Shown in pieces: positions 13,852 to 14,974 of a stretch of DNA of 14,974 nt. Position 1 is the stretch's first letter; each line of letters starts with the position of its first letter. The position numbers and the translations under genes were made by a program. The stretch is taken from the UHGV virus genome UHGV-1728491. The stretch is one strand, 5' to 3'. The stretch is from a virus. Below the pieces are notes generated by a model. That model searched no databases, was not told the origin of the DNA, and saw only the letters and a program-made list of their open reading frames with translations.

Positions 13852-14838
13852 TTACACCACGCGGGCTTCTGTTTCCAGAAGCGCATCAGTCTCACGGATT
13901 GGTACACCACGGAATGAAGTCCACCACTCGCCTTCTGTCTCTTTTACGCTGATCGCCAGAGATGTTTTCTCCAGAGATTGCAGATCAAGAGCCTGGCCTA
14001 CAGTGCGGTTCATGTAGAACACCGGGCGGCCCATGCCACGGTTTGGAATGCGATGCAGTGCTTTAACCATCAACTTCGCAATATTTGCTGCAGAGGAAGG
14101 TTCTGAAAGATTGCTGACATCGATGTTTGCAATGCGAACAACATAACGCCAGTCACGCAGAGCAAGCCCGTTGTCCCATTTGTAATGGGTACGGTAGCCT
14201 TCGTACTTGCCGCCATTCGCATCTTCCAGTGTCACCTGGCCTTTATCTTCCATCTGGATGCCAGCCTTCTGCCCTTTCGGGAAGATGCCATGCACGGTGT
14301 TTTCGCCCCACACCACTAACCAGATTGAGGTGTTATCTGTACCCGTGCCACCAGCATCAATGATGTTCTGAGCATTACCCGCAGACAGGCTGGAATAGCG
14401 GGAGGACAGTCCCATAAACTGCTGAGGGTTAACGCTGGAATCACCATAAAACAGTGTCTGCGCCATCTGCTGATTCATCGCTTCAATAAATGCGCGGTCT
14501 TCAGACAGGCGGAACTCGGCGGTATTGCCGTTCAGATCAGCCAGTGACTTATCGACTTCAGCATAGGTTTCCAGCATGCCAACGGAATCGGTTACCTGCA
14601 CTGTGGTTGATTTGCTTGGCTGTACGCCATAGTTCAGCAAACGCCAGGTAGCTGAAGGTAAACCAGAACGAATGGTGGTTCGGTGTCCGGTAGGAAGGTT
14701 CCCTTCGACAAAAGGCATATCCTGAAGGATCGGGTTAGTTTGACCGAGAAGCTCGATAATCTTATCGACTTTCCCGTTTGGATCGACGCGCTTACCCCAG
14801 TCAGCCAGCGTTAGCGCAGTTAAGCCTTTAACAGCCAT
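13852..14838 (-). CDS. Putative major capsid protein (328 aa from the second ATG; 330 aa if the ATG at 14844 is used)
   Basis: Complete ORF of typical HK97-fold capsid size, directly downstream of a scaffold-like ORF and upstream of the tail genes. SD GAGAGG sits 8 nt before the ATG at rc 14836-14838 but only 2 nt before the ATG at rc 14842-14844, so the second ATG is preferred. No diagnostic motif recognised; the call is from size and synteny. Confidence 0.55.
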   Translation of the reverse strand: MAVKGLTALTLADWGKRVDPNGKVDKIIELLGQTNPILQDMPFVEGNLPTGHRTTIRSGLPSATWRLLNYGVQPSKSTTVQVTDSVGMLETYAEVDKSLADLNGNTAEFRLSEDRAFIEAMNQQMAQTLFYGDSSVNPQQFMGLSSRYSSLSAGNAQNIIDAGGTGTDNTSIWLVVWGENTVHGIFPKGQKAGIQMEDKGQVTLEDANGGKYEGYRTHYKWDNGLALRDWRYVVRIANIDVSNLSEPSSAANIAKLMVKALHRIPNRGMGRPVFYMNRTVGQALDLQSLEKTSLAISVKETEGEWWTSFRGVPIRETDALLETEARVV

Positions 14839-14852
14839 TGTCATTTCCTCTC

Positions 14853-14974
14853 TTATTTGCCATAGAGCACTTCGGCCGCACTACGCTGGCCTTCATTACC
14901 ACCGGTGACCATGCCATCTTCAGACATCGCCTTTCCGATTTTCACGAACGTTTTGACCAGATCAGGGTGATTAC
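14853..14974 (-). CDS. 3' end (last 40 codons) of the gene upstream of the capsid gene; scaffold-like by position
   Basis: Only one minus-strand frame is open across 14856-14974 (the other two hit stops at once). It ends …KIGKAMSEDGMVTGGNEGQRSAAEVLYGK with TAA at 14853-14855, 8 nt before the capsid SD. The scaffold assignment is positional (portal-scaffold-capsid order in T7-like modules). Confidence 0.45.
   Translation of the reverse strand, partial: NHPDLVKTFVKIGKAMSEDGMVTGGNEGQRSAAEVLYGK

Noticed and set aside
1-14974. Phage-RNAP (T7-type) promoters, CRISPR repeats, tRNA or rRNA genes, integrase or transposase
   Set aside because: Reading by eye I found no T7-consensus-like promoter, no regularly spaced direct repeats and no tRNA-like structure; the window is filled with structural genes. 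A by-eye scan can miss divergent promoters, so absence is not proven.

Overview
The window is almost entirely one minus-strand block of phage (probably prophage) late virion genes, read from high to low coordinates. In transcription order: 3' end of a scaffold-like ORF (14853-14974), putative major capsid protein, three small ORFs, then a short-tailed (podovirus, T7-supergroup-like) tail and ejection cassette: gp11-like adaptor, gp12-like nozzle, gp13-like, gp14-like, and three large internal virion/ejection proteins (842, 600 and 824 aa). These are followed by an unlisted 46-aa two-TM ORF and a strong hairpin terminator (1581-1605). A small divergent plus-strand gene (1325-1582) sits between the terminator and the start of a tailspike gene (1130 down past the window edge), whose beta-helix resembles the P22 tailspike family. 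Most genes from 12966 to 6039 are linked by overlapping stop/start codons. No rRNA, tRNA, CRISPR, integrase or transposase was seen. All homology calls rest on gene order, size, composition and sequences recalled from memory; none is alignment-verified. The most interesting items are the orphan divergent gene, the unlisted 46-aa membrane ORF, a shared C-terminal SAAE[V/T]LYG motif on two otherwise different proteins, a conserved NNNPGN block in the 842-aa protein, and two hairpins inside the operon.
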